NCBI GenBank assembly: GCA_043228905.1
Contig: JBHGNT010000004.1
Location: forward strand, 12,276,001 to 12,340,000
Reading direction: 5' to 3'
Origin: Azolla caroliniana
Taxonomy: Eukaryota > Plantae > Polypodiophyta
Length of the DNA stretch: 64,000 nucleotides
Part shown: positions 1-10,900 of the stretch, piece by piece
Numbering within the stretch: the first letter of the stretch is position 1
Layout: each line of letters begins with the position of its first letter
The notes under the pieces: model-generated
Told to the model about the DNA's origin: nothing
Databases searched by the model: none
What the model saw: the letters and a program-made list of their open reading frames with translations, nothing else
Translations under genes and position numbers: made by a program

Positions 1-925
1 CTCTTGCAATGGGAAGTTAGGAAAAGGTTTGGGTAATGTCTCTTCAGTTTCCCATGTGCTATCTTCCTCCAATCTATCCTTCCACTTAATCTTATAGTGA
101 TGAACAACTTTTGACCTTAGGTTTCTAGACCTATGATCGAGAATTTTCTTAAGTTCATGTGAATAAAAATGATCATCCTCCAATGTCTATAAATTAGACG
201 GTGATACAACATTATCATCATAACCAATCGCCTCCTTTAATCGACTCACGTGGAATACGGGATGAACCATAACGTTGGAAGGCAAATCCAAACAATAAGC
301 ATTGGGACCTATCCATTGTAAAACTTTATATGGTCCACAATACCGTGGGGCTAATTTTGCACACGGTCTTGTTCTCAATGTTTCTGAGTCCTTAGAAGCC
401 CGTACAAAAACCTGTTGTCCTATGTAGAATTCTCTTGGTTTTCTATCATGATTTGCATAAAAGACATTTCTGTCCCGTGCCATCCTAAGGTTTTCTTCAG
501 CCAATTTACGTGCTTGAAGCATATAAGAGAGAAAATCTTTTGTACTATCCAATGTATGTGAATCAAATGAAACATCAATAGGAGAACGTGGCGTATAACC
601 ATACATCAACATGAATGGACTGTATTTTGTTGATGTATGCTTAGCGTTGTTGTAGGCAAATTCCACCATAGGAAGGTAAGTCTCCCATACTGAGGGTTTT
701 TGCGCTACATATGCTCTCAGCATATCCTCTAATATCTGATTCACTCTCTCAGTCTGCCCATCTGACTAAGGATGATCCGAAGAACTGAGACTCAAGGTTG
801 TTTGCAGTTTCTGCATAACTTTTGACCAAAATGTACTTGTAAACTTGGAGTCTCGGTCACTTAAAATCTCCATCAGAGACCATATAAGCTATAAAGTTGT
901 TTAATAAACTTACGAAAGCGCTATT
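1..925 (-). pseudogene. Ty3/Gypsy chromovirus pol 3' end (integrase core, GPY/F motif, chromodomain remnant), decayed
   Basis: ORF 187-744 has LEDMLRAY, EFAYNN..H.ST..SPF, KLAPRYCGPYKVL and HPVFHVSRLK. Upstream reads YGL..EILSDRDSKFTSTFW. Bases 1-186 give a chromodomain-like KWKD....DSTWE. Confidence 0.9.
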
Positions 926-1051
926 TGCCCCCCCATTTTGGCTATCCCCCCACCCCCCTTAAATTTATAGAACCTAATATAACCAAATGAAATTGTTTAT
1001 TAATTAATTAATAAACTCAACATAGCTCAAATGTAATCAAGATATGTAATG

Positions 1052-1300
1052 GAGGCATATAGCCTCTACGCACACGAAACATCCAAAATTAAGGGTTAAT
1101 CATAATACGCAATTGAGGTATTGACCTCTTACGCATACGACACCAGATGCATATCATTTAAATAGAAATCGAGGTATTGACCTCATATGCATATGTAACA
1201 TATGTATCTGAACATAATACGCAATTGAGGTATTAACCTCGTACGCATACGACACGAATGACATATCAAATATATGTCAAATGAGGTATTGACCTCATAC
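1052..1300. repeat. Array of short palindromes GAGGTATTGACCTC at 56-bp spacing
   Basis: Copies at 1115, 1171, 1227 (one mismatch) and 1283, plus a variant at 1052. Alternate units are more similar to each other, giving a 112-bp higher-order repeat. Confidence 0.85.
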
Positions 1301-1759
1301 ACATATGTACACGTTTTATACAACCAATTAATTACCACTACAACATCATTGAATCAATAAAAGAAAACACATATTGACTATACATGATTAGATTGGGAGA
1401 AGAAAGAATAGAAAAAAAACCAGAAAGAGTTACTGAAGTTCCTTTGTTGGTCGCTATCTGGATCAAGGTCGACGACACTCTCGTTTTACCCTCACACTTA
1501 TCCACGTGTATAGAATACTACGGTAAATTCTCACCATGGGATATTATATGGTCATGCTTGTAACAGGGGGCTTGCTTCAAGCCGTAAAGCAACTTCTTGA
1601 GTTGGCACACTAACGACTTGTTCATCTTCGACTGAAATGTATCCATTTTATGAAGATACCACCCCCTTGCCGCAACAATCGCCACCACCACACGGACCAT
1701 CGTCATCTTCACTACCGGAGCGAAGGTCTCGTTGTAGTTGATTCAATGGGTCTGCACAT

Positions 1760-1792
1760 AACACCGGGTCATTTGAAACAGGTAATATGTCG
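1760..1792 (+). repeat. Left terminal inverted repeat
   Basis: AACACCGGGTCATTTGAAACAGGTAATATGTCG is the exact reverse complement of 7886-7918. Confidence 0.97.
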
Positions 1793-2012
1793 CATTATGA
1801 GAACACTGCGTCGAAAAAGGGCACAAAAGCACGCAGTTTTCAGAAAGACACGATGCATGCGTAAAGCTTTTCAGAAAAGGTGGCAAAATATATTGAATTT
1901 CAACATGACTACCACTTTGAGGCATAAGTAAAATGCCTCCAAAAATACATCACCAAAATTACAAAATAATGTACAACATGTCTACCAGTTACAAGTATAC
2001 ATATTCGTGAGT

Positions 2013-3707
2013 TTACATCCAAAACAAATTTACAAAGTTTCCGATCATGTAGTAAAACAATCCCCAGCAATTGAAACTTATATTATTAAGAGGTGCAAGC
2101 ACCCTACCTTTAGTCCCGTCACTATCCATGCAAAAAAGTTTAAAGTCGTATACTTCTTCCAAGTGTTGTACTTTCGGCTTTGGTGTATATGCTTCACTAA
2201 TCAATTTGGATAGCGTGGGAAGTGTGAAAGCATTACAGCGAGCAAGTTTCTTTGAGAACCTACTGAACATTTGATCTATGTGATCATGGGTATGATCAAC
2301 CAACAAGAAGTTAACCTTTATCTTTTTAAATATGCCCCTCTCTACTAGCATGCTTAGATAGCCGAAGACAGTTGAGTTCTTATTCTCTCTTGCTGTGTTG
2401 TCTAGTTGCACATATAGAACTGGCGGGAGTATACCTGACCATGATTGCAATACCCTGTGCATGATAGTGACAGTAAGATTAGGGTCGTTGTGGATATTGG
2501 GATAAGTTAAGAACACTTGCGGTCTTATAGTTTGACAATATATCAAACAACCCACTAGATGCATTTGCACGAGACACTCATCTCCAATATCCTTGGGGAG
2601 TCTTTGAAAATGCGGCAAACAAGTTTTCTTTTGATCCATGCCGTCAATAATCATGCACATATACTTTTCGGGAGATTGAAATGCTTTTTGTCGGTGATGC
2701 ATAGCCTTAGTACGTTCCAATGCCTGACTTTCACGATGTTCTTTTAACAGGTTCTTGTAATTGTTGATCTCTACATCTGATTTTCCACCCTTGGCCATAC
2801 TTTTTAAACTCGCACATATTGAGCAGACTCCCATTCGCACCTTTCGTGGGATAACCACGTTATTAAATTGTAACCTCCATAGTCGATTAAAATGCCTGTA
2901 CTGTATGTAAGGCTCAACATCGGAAGACATGTCGTCCTTGTACGATTGGTAAACTTCCCTTCGAGTAAAGTTATCTGACAAATGAAGTCTTCCTGTCGTT
3001 GGCATAACTTCGCACTGTTTTGAAAAATATACCTCCATCCACCTAATTGCCTGTTGCTCAATTTGACCCTTACATCCAGAACCATTTTGATCGAACTGTA
3101 CCCAGGAGCCCTTCAAAAGTCGCTCTTGAACTCGTTGCAGCCGCATATTTCCAATGCTATGAGTGATTTTAAAAGCTACTCGACAACACTTGGTATTTAG
3201 TCCAAGGAAATATTCAACTTGCGTTGAATTAGGCCCTGCTTTGTGATCCAATTTAAGTTGCATATACGAAAGAAGAAATGTATCTTGCTCTTCCCCATTA
3301 AGCGACAAGTATTTTTGTCGTGTTTCACGTAACCTTGACTTTCCATAAGTTGATAGACAGAGATTCGCACAACACGATTTGTTCAAGTCACATAGAAGTT
3401 GATGATCAGAACATAAGAAATTAAATCTCTTTTCACTAACTTGTCGAGGAACTCTTTTAAATGCTAGAGGTTTAGTAATGTTATTGTTATCTATCGACGA
3501 AGAATCGTCCGCTTGTAAGCTTGCATGAAGAGGGCCATCAACAGGATCAATTCAAAACAGAGATTTCGAAGTACTAGGAGCCACACTTTTCTGTTTAAGC
3601 CGCGAATGTTTTTTGTGGTCGTACTCTTCTATTGAGAAATACGAGTTGTCTGACAATGAAAAGGGGGCAATAGAAAAAAGAGATGTTCTACTTGTAGAAG
3701 AAGACAT
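2013..3707 (-). pseudogene. Sola-like / DUF7869-type DDD transposase with one premature stop
   Basis: ATG at 3707 is in frame with ORF 2013-3386, with one TGA at 3552-3554. Motifs CSIC..H, IIDGMDQKKT.LP, LYVQLDNTARENKN and FLLV(D)HTHDHIDQMFS, where the usual G of GHTH is D. The C-terminus may be shortened. Confidence 0.85.
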
Positions 3708-4002
3708 TTGAGGGAGTCTAACTGTATTCTAAAACCTTCTTTTGAGAAAATTAAGGAATGTTAAAGCCAAACTATATAACTACCCGAACACATAGATTAA
3801 CTATATTATTTTCTGACATTTTTCTAAAAAAAATAATTAAAAATTATTTTTTATTTTAAAAGGAATGCTAAAGTCTTCTATATAAGGAGGTTAGAAATTT
3901 CATTTTCATTATCACGTGAAAGAATCCATCGAGCTTAGAGCACAGGCCAATTTTCGAGCACTCAGAAGCACATCGTCGACAGCACTACCTCCGGCACGAA
4001 TC
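3708..4002. promoter_or_regulatory. Putative bidirectional promoter between the transposase and methyltransferase genes
   Basis: 295-bp AT-rich gap between divergent ATGs, with TATA-like CTATATAA at about 3772 and 3878. Confidence 0.5.
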
Positions 4003-7000
4003 ATGAACAAGGGAAAGAAAATCGTCAGGTTAGTAATATTCTTTACATTTTTTAAGATTCCTAAAGATTCCTTAAAGATTCCTTTCCTCAACACATAGAT
4101 TTTTTTTTTTTTTGTACAACGAACTTGGAAAGCAATTCTGAAAGGCAGGACCTTCAGCGAAAATCCGCTGCACTGCATCGGATTTTGGTTGAAAGTCATG
4201 CAAATCTGATGCAGTGCATCGGATTTTGGTTGAAAGGCAGGACTTTCAACGCAAATCCGATGCAGTGCAATGGATTTGCGTTGAACAAAATGTTGTTTTT
4301 GCGATAAAAAACTATCGCATGGGACCATAAAATTGACGTAATTTAGATGATAATTTGCGTGATTTAGATAAAATTGTACGTTGTTTCTATGTTTTCACCA
4401 ACGTTTTTAATTTCAGTGAACCTAGACAAAAAGTTCCTTCATTTAGATTGAAGATTCGATCTCCGACAAAACAAGATTTTGGCTCCTTCATCAAGGACAC
4501 GAGTAAAAAGATTTTATTTGACTCAACGGGGGAAGGAGGATCCAAGTCATCTGTGGCTACTACCAAAATCAACAAAGGTAGTACGCAAGAGGAGAAAACG
4601 GTTGAGGTGAAATATAAGGATTACCCCGAACTTGAATGCTGTCTCTCCTATGTCGAGGAGGATGGGGTGTTGTTATTGATAACAGCAAAATCGGACAGGG
4701 AAGGGAAACTTCAGCTTGGAAAAACATTTAATTACGGGCATGTAACCAAGCTAGAGTACGAAGACATTGACTCTACAAGTATTTTAATCGACGTCTCGAG
4801 CTCAGTTGGCAACAGGCGATTGCGACTTGACGAGGGAAACCTAGTACCCGAATCTTGCAATCCCAAGGCTTTGCGTAAAGACCTGCAAACGAAAAATAAC
4901 TTGTTGGTAGCTCTTCGACCGTACGTGACAGGAGAGATGATGACCGGTGAAGCAGAAACTCCACCAAAAAAGTCTAGGAAGACAAATCCTGTTCAAAAGA
5001 AATATACTAAACGACCACGACCCGAAGAAGAAGACGAAGAAATATTAGAGTTCGTGGAAGAAGAAGACGACCAACAAGTCGACGTCGTGGCTCCAGGCGG
5101 ACAACTATCTTCTGGTGTCCTGACGTCAGAACAAAATAAAATAAGAGAAAATATTGTGAAGACTAAACTTGTGCGTAGGGGCCAGCTATTTCATTTGCCT
5201 ATTACTTCTATCCAAAGGCCCCCCATTGACCCCGTGACTGGAAGACGTCCCCTGGAAATTAGGGAGCCGCACTCCGTCCATGTGCTAAACCTGAAAAGTA
5301 AAATGAAAATCAATCCTCATGCTATTGTGGTGCCATTTTTGGTAATGGTTGATCAAGAACAATGCCCAACAGTAGCAGATTTCAAGTATAGCTCTGCAGA
5401 CGATTACACATACTATGTAATCGGAGGATCACATTCGGCCGAAGCTCGACAACAGCTTGTCAAAGAATATCCTCTCACACTGTTCTTCAAGTACGCCGAA
5501 TGTAAGGTATATGCAGGACTAACTCACGAGGAGGCGAAGCTGCTCGCATGGGACCATAACAATGACAACGATTATAGGCAAAAGATGTCATGTATAGAGA
5601 GGATAAGATTTTTTCATCATGAATACCTAGATGCCTTGAATCGTTTTGGTCCAAGATTGTGGCCTGGATTGCGACGCCAGTGTTTATTGGAAGTAGGGAT
5701 TGCAGTGGATGAGAGTACCAAATCCGAAGGTCTCCGAAAATATGATTCTTGGTTTCAACTAGCTTTTCAGACCGGAGAGGTGTGGGATCTCCAAGACAAA
5801 ATATTCTCTATGTGGGAGCGGAAAGAAGTCAAGGGGCAAAGATCAAAAAAGGGAAGAATTGATCCACAAGTTGAGATCAAATCAAAGACCAAGGGAAAAA
5901 GTGACTTGGTAATCGAGGAGTTAGCAGAGGACATGAAACTTTTACCTTGGAGATCATTACAAGGTATCAAAGATGATAGATTGTTAATATCCGTGCTATC
6001 TCGAGTGGTCGCCAAGGAATTTAGTTTGGACGAGATGGTAACAGACTTGCAAAAGTAAGTGTTTATAGTATACCTTTTCATGAAAGTGTTCAATTATTTT
6101 GAATATCTTATTTCTAATTTCATATTGATTGTGCAATCACAAGGTATACATGAAGATTCAGGAGTTGATGATGCAAAAACTGAGTTTACCAACATGGGAA
6201 GAAGTTGAACAAGCCTGCCCGATAACTTCTTCCTACAAGGCATTGGAGGAATATTTTATTGTATTTAGAGAATGGGTATGTGTCTTTTGAATGTTGATAT
6301 GTTAGAAACTAATGTTCCCTGCTAACAACATTGACACTTGCAGAAACCATCAAAATCGAAAAAGAACAACGACAATAATGACGGTATTCCAGCGGCCTTC
6401 ATCACGCACTTAGAACGTGCAAAATATGAGAAGAGAATGACCAAAGGGAAGGAAATGGAACTGCCCGAGGATTCGGAGACTGTAAAGAGTTTTTTGCATA
6501 GGTCCGATCCTTTCAAACAGCTTCATTATAGTGTTTTCAATGGCGAAGTATCCCAGATGCTCGAACTGTTACCGAGAAGGCACTACACTTTGCTGATAGC
6601 TGACATACCCTATGGTTTCCGTATTGCGGGATCAACATATGATGATGTGCCTTTCAAGTACCCTCAGATCGAGAAAATGGTAAAGGATTTCGCAGAACTG
6701 ACATTGGCCCCCTTGTGGAGGATAGTCATATTTCATAGCATGGGGCAATCACTGTTAGTCACAACAGCTTTGAAGTCCCGTTGTCATGCCACTGAACACA
6801 TGCATTGGTGCGTTATAGTTCGCTTTTACTCATTACAGTACTTCTTATTATATGTACACATTTACACCTCTAATACTTGATTTTCTTTCTCTATAGGATC
6901 AAAACAAATATTAGACGTAGCCCTGGCGATCGAATGGTTAGTGCGGTCGAACATTTTTGTGTGGGCTACTATGATTCAATTACAAAGAAGAAGGCTAGAG

Positions 7001-7518
7001 CACATGTCAATGAGCGTAACGTGGTTAACTACATCATGTACCCAGCTGTAACCAAAAAATTAAGACATGTGTCAGGGGATAAAAGTATGGCGAACCCTTA
7101 TCAAAAACCTCAAAGATTGATCAACCGCCTCATAGAGCTCTTCTCGAATCCAGATGATTGGGTCCTAGACTTGGTCTCTAGCACAGGTATAATATATATA
7201 TTTAATTTCAATCCTGTCGATCAAGTTTAAGACGTTACTTCTTATATATACTTGTTTGTGTTCATGCGACCATTAGGTACAATGACAGCTTGTGCATTGA
7301 AGATGTTTAGAAACTGTGTTGCATTGGAGAAGGACCCTGCTCAAGTTAACTTCATCAAAATGAGGATCACAGGAATCTGGGACTGTCCAGATCAGGATCA
7401 AGAAGTCGGAGCAAAACACATTAACGAGACAGAGATGTTCCAGATGACTTCACGAGAACCAATGGAACCAATTGATGAAGAAGCAGGGGAGCTGGTGGAC
7501 CTGGTGCCCACTATATGA
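4003..7518 (+). CDS. Six-exon gene for a ParB/Srx-like domain plus beta-class N6-adenine/N4-cytosine DNA methyltransferase (~932 aa); this copy is possibly damaged
   Basis: Exons 4003-4028, 4417-6054, 6137-6275, 6344-6807, 6897-7186 and 7277-7518 total 2799 nt, in frame. Four introns are GT..AG; the intron 2 acceptor reads CAA. Motifs YYVIGGSHSAEA (ParB-like), LLIADIPYG (motif IV), HWIKTN..E, NPYQKPQRLINRLIELFSNPDDWVLDLVSSTGT..ACALKMFRNCVALEKD (motifs X, I, II). Confidence 0.85.
4139..4286. repeat. Three palindromic units (AAATCCGATGCAGTGCATCGGATTT-like) in intron 1 of the methyltransferase gene
   Basis: Units near 4160, 4202 and 4245. The last has 14-bp arms TTCAACGCAAATCC / GGATTTGCGTTGAA. 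Confidence 0.85.
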
Positions 7519-7885
7519 CATTGTCATGAACTATATGACATTATACAATGAAACTATCGATATACCCGTCCAACAAGTGGGGTACTACTTTATTCCTAAA
7601 CCCAAAACCACATATTTATAATTACGGTTTATGTAGTTTTACTCTACAATTTGAATATGGATACCAATTTTAGAACTTTATATTGAACCAAGTCTTCAAT
7701 TGTGCTCCATGATATGCAAATTGACACGAATGTGGACACATATACAATTTAGTAATTGCTAGGTTTTCTTTGTTCTATATTTAACCATCAAGTCGCAAAA
7801 GGGGTACGCATGCATCGTATATTTTCGATATCGGGCTAAAATAGGGTACTTTTCTACATCTGGCCAACTATGCCAAAAGAGAATA

Positions 7886-7918
7886 CGACATATTACCTGT
7901 TTCAAATGACCCGGTGTT
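7886..7918 (-). repeat. Right terminal inverted repeat
   Basis: Exact reverse complement of 1760-1792, followed by ACAT. Confidence 0.97.
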
Positions 7919-10900
7919 ACATATCCTTTGACCACTAACCGGCCTTGTACCGGTTGACCGAATTGTCAGCATTATATTTCACCTTGAATACCCACTTGGA
8001 GCTAATAGGTTTGCACTGTCGGGGAGGGTCAACCAGGTCCCATGTGTCGTTGACATCGAGTGCCCACATTTCCTCCTCCATTGCGGCACGCCAATTCGCG
8101 TCCTTTGTTGCCTCTGTGTCGCTCTCCGGCTCATTCACTTCTACCACTTTCGTCATGTATGCATAGTGATGCGCCATGTACACCTTATACCCATACCATT
8201 TTACGAAGGATCCGCGTAATTTGTTATTAGCCAATTTTTGGCCCCTCTTGGCCGATTCGGACTTCATATCTGAAGGTCCATCCTCATTCTTTCCGGAGTT
8301 GGATTCGCTTTGATCCGACTCATCTCTATGGGTGTAATATTCCAACATTTTGTTCTTCCCCTCCTCTTTGTGCAAGCACTGTCTCCTCAGTTACTTACTT
8401 GGGGACAGCATGGCCGAGTCTCTACTACTCGCAGGCTTTTCATCTGACTGGTCGTTCCGACTCAGTCGCTCTCATCTAGAGTACTGAACTCTTCTTCTTA
8501 TACGGCCCAAATCGTTTCGGTCTCACTGGCCTCATTTTTCGGAATCCGATGGTCAGAGTTGTCGAGCGTCAGTAGATAGTAGCATCATGCCAACTCATCG
8601 AACTTAGTTCATCTTGACTCACTCACACTTGTTTGGTTTGGGGTTGTAGCACTTGTACCCCTTCTGCTCATGTGAGTAGCCGACCAATATGCACTTCTCC
8701 GACTTTGGGTCCAGCTTTCTCCGCCTCTCATCCGGTACATGCACATAGGATATGCTACCGAATACCCTGAGGTGCCTTAAATTCGGCTTTGGCCCGAAAT
8801 ATAGCTCATCTGCTGACACCTTCTCCTTGATCTAATTCTGGATGTAGACGGTTGTCTAGACCGCCTCTGCCCAGTAGAACTTTGGCATGCTCTTCTCTTC
8901 GAGCATTGCTTGTGCCGCCTCAACAATCAACCGATTCTTCCTCTCAGCTAGCCCATTCTATTCTAGCATGTATTGGCAGTTGAATTCCCTCTGAATTCCT
9001 TTCTACTGCAGATAACTATTGAATTGGCCAGAAAAGTATTCTTTTCTGCCATCCGATCATAGGCACTTGATCTTTCTCTCCATTTCCCATTCGACAACAC
9101 TTTGCAGGTTCCGAAAATAGTCAAAGATTTTGCTTTTCTTCTTGATGAGATAGATCCACATGTGTCGGCTGTAGTCGTCAATGAAGGAGACTAAGTATCG
9201 ACTCCCCCCAAGACTAACGTTTTGTGCTAGTTCCCATACATCTGAATGTATCAGGTCAAGCTTGTTACAACTCTTGTTTCTTTCGGAGGGGAACAAAAGC
9301 TGGTGTTGCTTCTCGAGATATCAGGGTTCACAAATCCAGGCCTTTCGGCCACTAAATTTTGGTGGTCCAAACACAACTTGTTTCGTTTGCAAGTCTTGAA
9401 GCCGATCCGCTTGTGCCACAAGTCAATATCCGACTTGACCTTCTGTCCTTTTGCGAATAAAGCGGTGCCTACGTCGCTGGTGTCGAGGATAAATATCCTC
9501 TCGTATCGGTGCCCTTGCGAGATTATTTGGCCTTCTTCCTTGATTAAGTATTGTTAGCTGGTTAGGTAAGAGTCGGACAAGTGTGAACGCGTCAGTTCAC
9601 AATTTCGGATTAACACAGAGTCAGAGTCGGATCGATGAGTCAACAATTTTGTTGACTAAATAAAAAATATATAGATATTAAAGTTAGTTAAAAACTTTTG
9701 GTTAGTTCTTGCCGACAAGGCAAAGTGTAATTCTTGCTAAGGAAGTCTCTCGGGTCACCTATAAAAAGGAACCGAGAGCATTGTAACACTATCGATCTGA
9801 TTTAAATTTAATATTGTTGTTAGTTAGTAAAATCTGTGTCACATATTTTGTGAGTATTTTATTGTTCTCTTCGACTCAATTATAATTTGTTGTTAAGTAT
9901 ATTAGGCTAAATTAGTCGATCACGGTATACTTTATCTTAATACGTATACTCAACTAGTCCGCATTCCTTTCGCACTTCCACAGTTTCTTGATAGGACGTT
10001 CAACACAAAACGTTCGACATTGTTGTGCTTTCGGTCACAGTAGTCGATTGTCAACCGACAACACAATAATTTTGGCACGCCTGGTTACATCTGCATTCAG
10101 CAGAGAACAAGTTCGAATGGATGTCGTCTAGCTAGGAAACACCAGTCGGTCACAAACTCACTCGCACACACTGAGCAACTCAACATGTCGTAGAGGATCC
10201 TATCGACAATTTTCAACCTACGCAGCAGCAACGCGTTGGTTGGGAGTGGTCTTCGATTTTAGATTTAACTGAAAATTATTCGGATGAAGGTTAGTTCGAA
10301 CAAGTTTCTTTATACGACATCTAGGGTGATGATGATATGCCTTACCCTTACTCGAAGGATCGAGATGGTGTTTATGCAAAAGCACACATTAGGGATTTCT
10401 GGACAAGATGGGAAATTAACCATGGAGCTCAACGATTGTTGGCGGTAACCGAAGATAAGTCTAATATTCCTGAGTTTGTTTTATCCCTAGATGCTCCGTC
10501 AGGAAATTGGTTTGCCCAGAACGGTCTCAGAGCATTCAATTCATTCGAACAATTATCTACCAGAGTCATACAACTGTTTCATCGATAGGTTCCACTAAAA
10601 GATCTGATTGGTCAGTTCTATGCATCATGCCATGAACCACACAAAACGGTGCAACAATTTGTGATCAAATTTCAGAATTTACGACTTCAAATATCAAAGA
10701 CAATACGGGATGAAGAATTAAAGGATATATTCCTCGAAGCAATTCGAGAATCTCTTCAAACAACTCTAGTAGTGTTCGATTTTCAAAATCAATCAATCGA
10801 TCAAGTGATTGATAAGGCATTAACTATATAATGGATCAAACACACAAAAATAAGAATACTATGAATATGTCTGCACTACATAACAATTTATGAACATTGG

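Larger units (their letters stand above)
1760..7918. mobile_element. 6,159-bp TIR DNA transposon (Sola-like) carrying a transposase and a ParB-methyltransferase gene
   Basis: Perfect 33-bp TIRs (1760-1792 and 7886-7918), TSD ACAT at 1756-1759 and 7919-7922, host Copia RT continuous across the empty site. Superfamily inferred from the 4-bp TSD and transposase motifs. Confidence 0.93.
1566..9551 (-). mobile_element. Decayed Ty1/Copia pol (GAG-pre-integrase, integrase, RT N-terminus), split by the DNA transposon at 1760-7918
   Basis: LDLIHSDVW..FIDDYSR (9057-9296), LRVFGS..KLDPKSEKC (8619-8819), WRAAMEEE..KWVFKVK (7935-8375). Removing 1760-7918 and one ACAT restores RT LVVKGY-VQTH.INYNETFAPVVKMT..LYGLKQAP. 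Confidence 0.92.

Noticed and set aside
1052-1300. CRISPR-like array of regularly spaced palindromic repeats
   Set aside because: Repeats are only 14 bp, alternate spacers resemble each other, there are no cas genes, and the context is eukaryotic TE sequence.
1757-1759. Alternative boundary with a 2-bp TSD (CA) and 34-bp TIRs
   Set aside because: Formally possible from one copy, but the 4-bp ACAT reading is also symmetric and fits Sola-type elements; more copies are needed to settle it.
4003-7518. Bacterial or phage contamination explaining the ParB-MTase
   Set aside because: The gene has frame-preserving spliceosomal introns and lies inside a TIR/TSD element inserted in a plant Copia RT.
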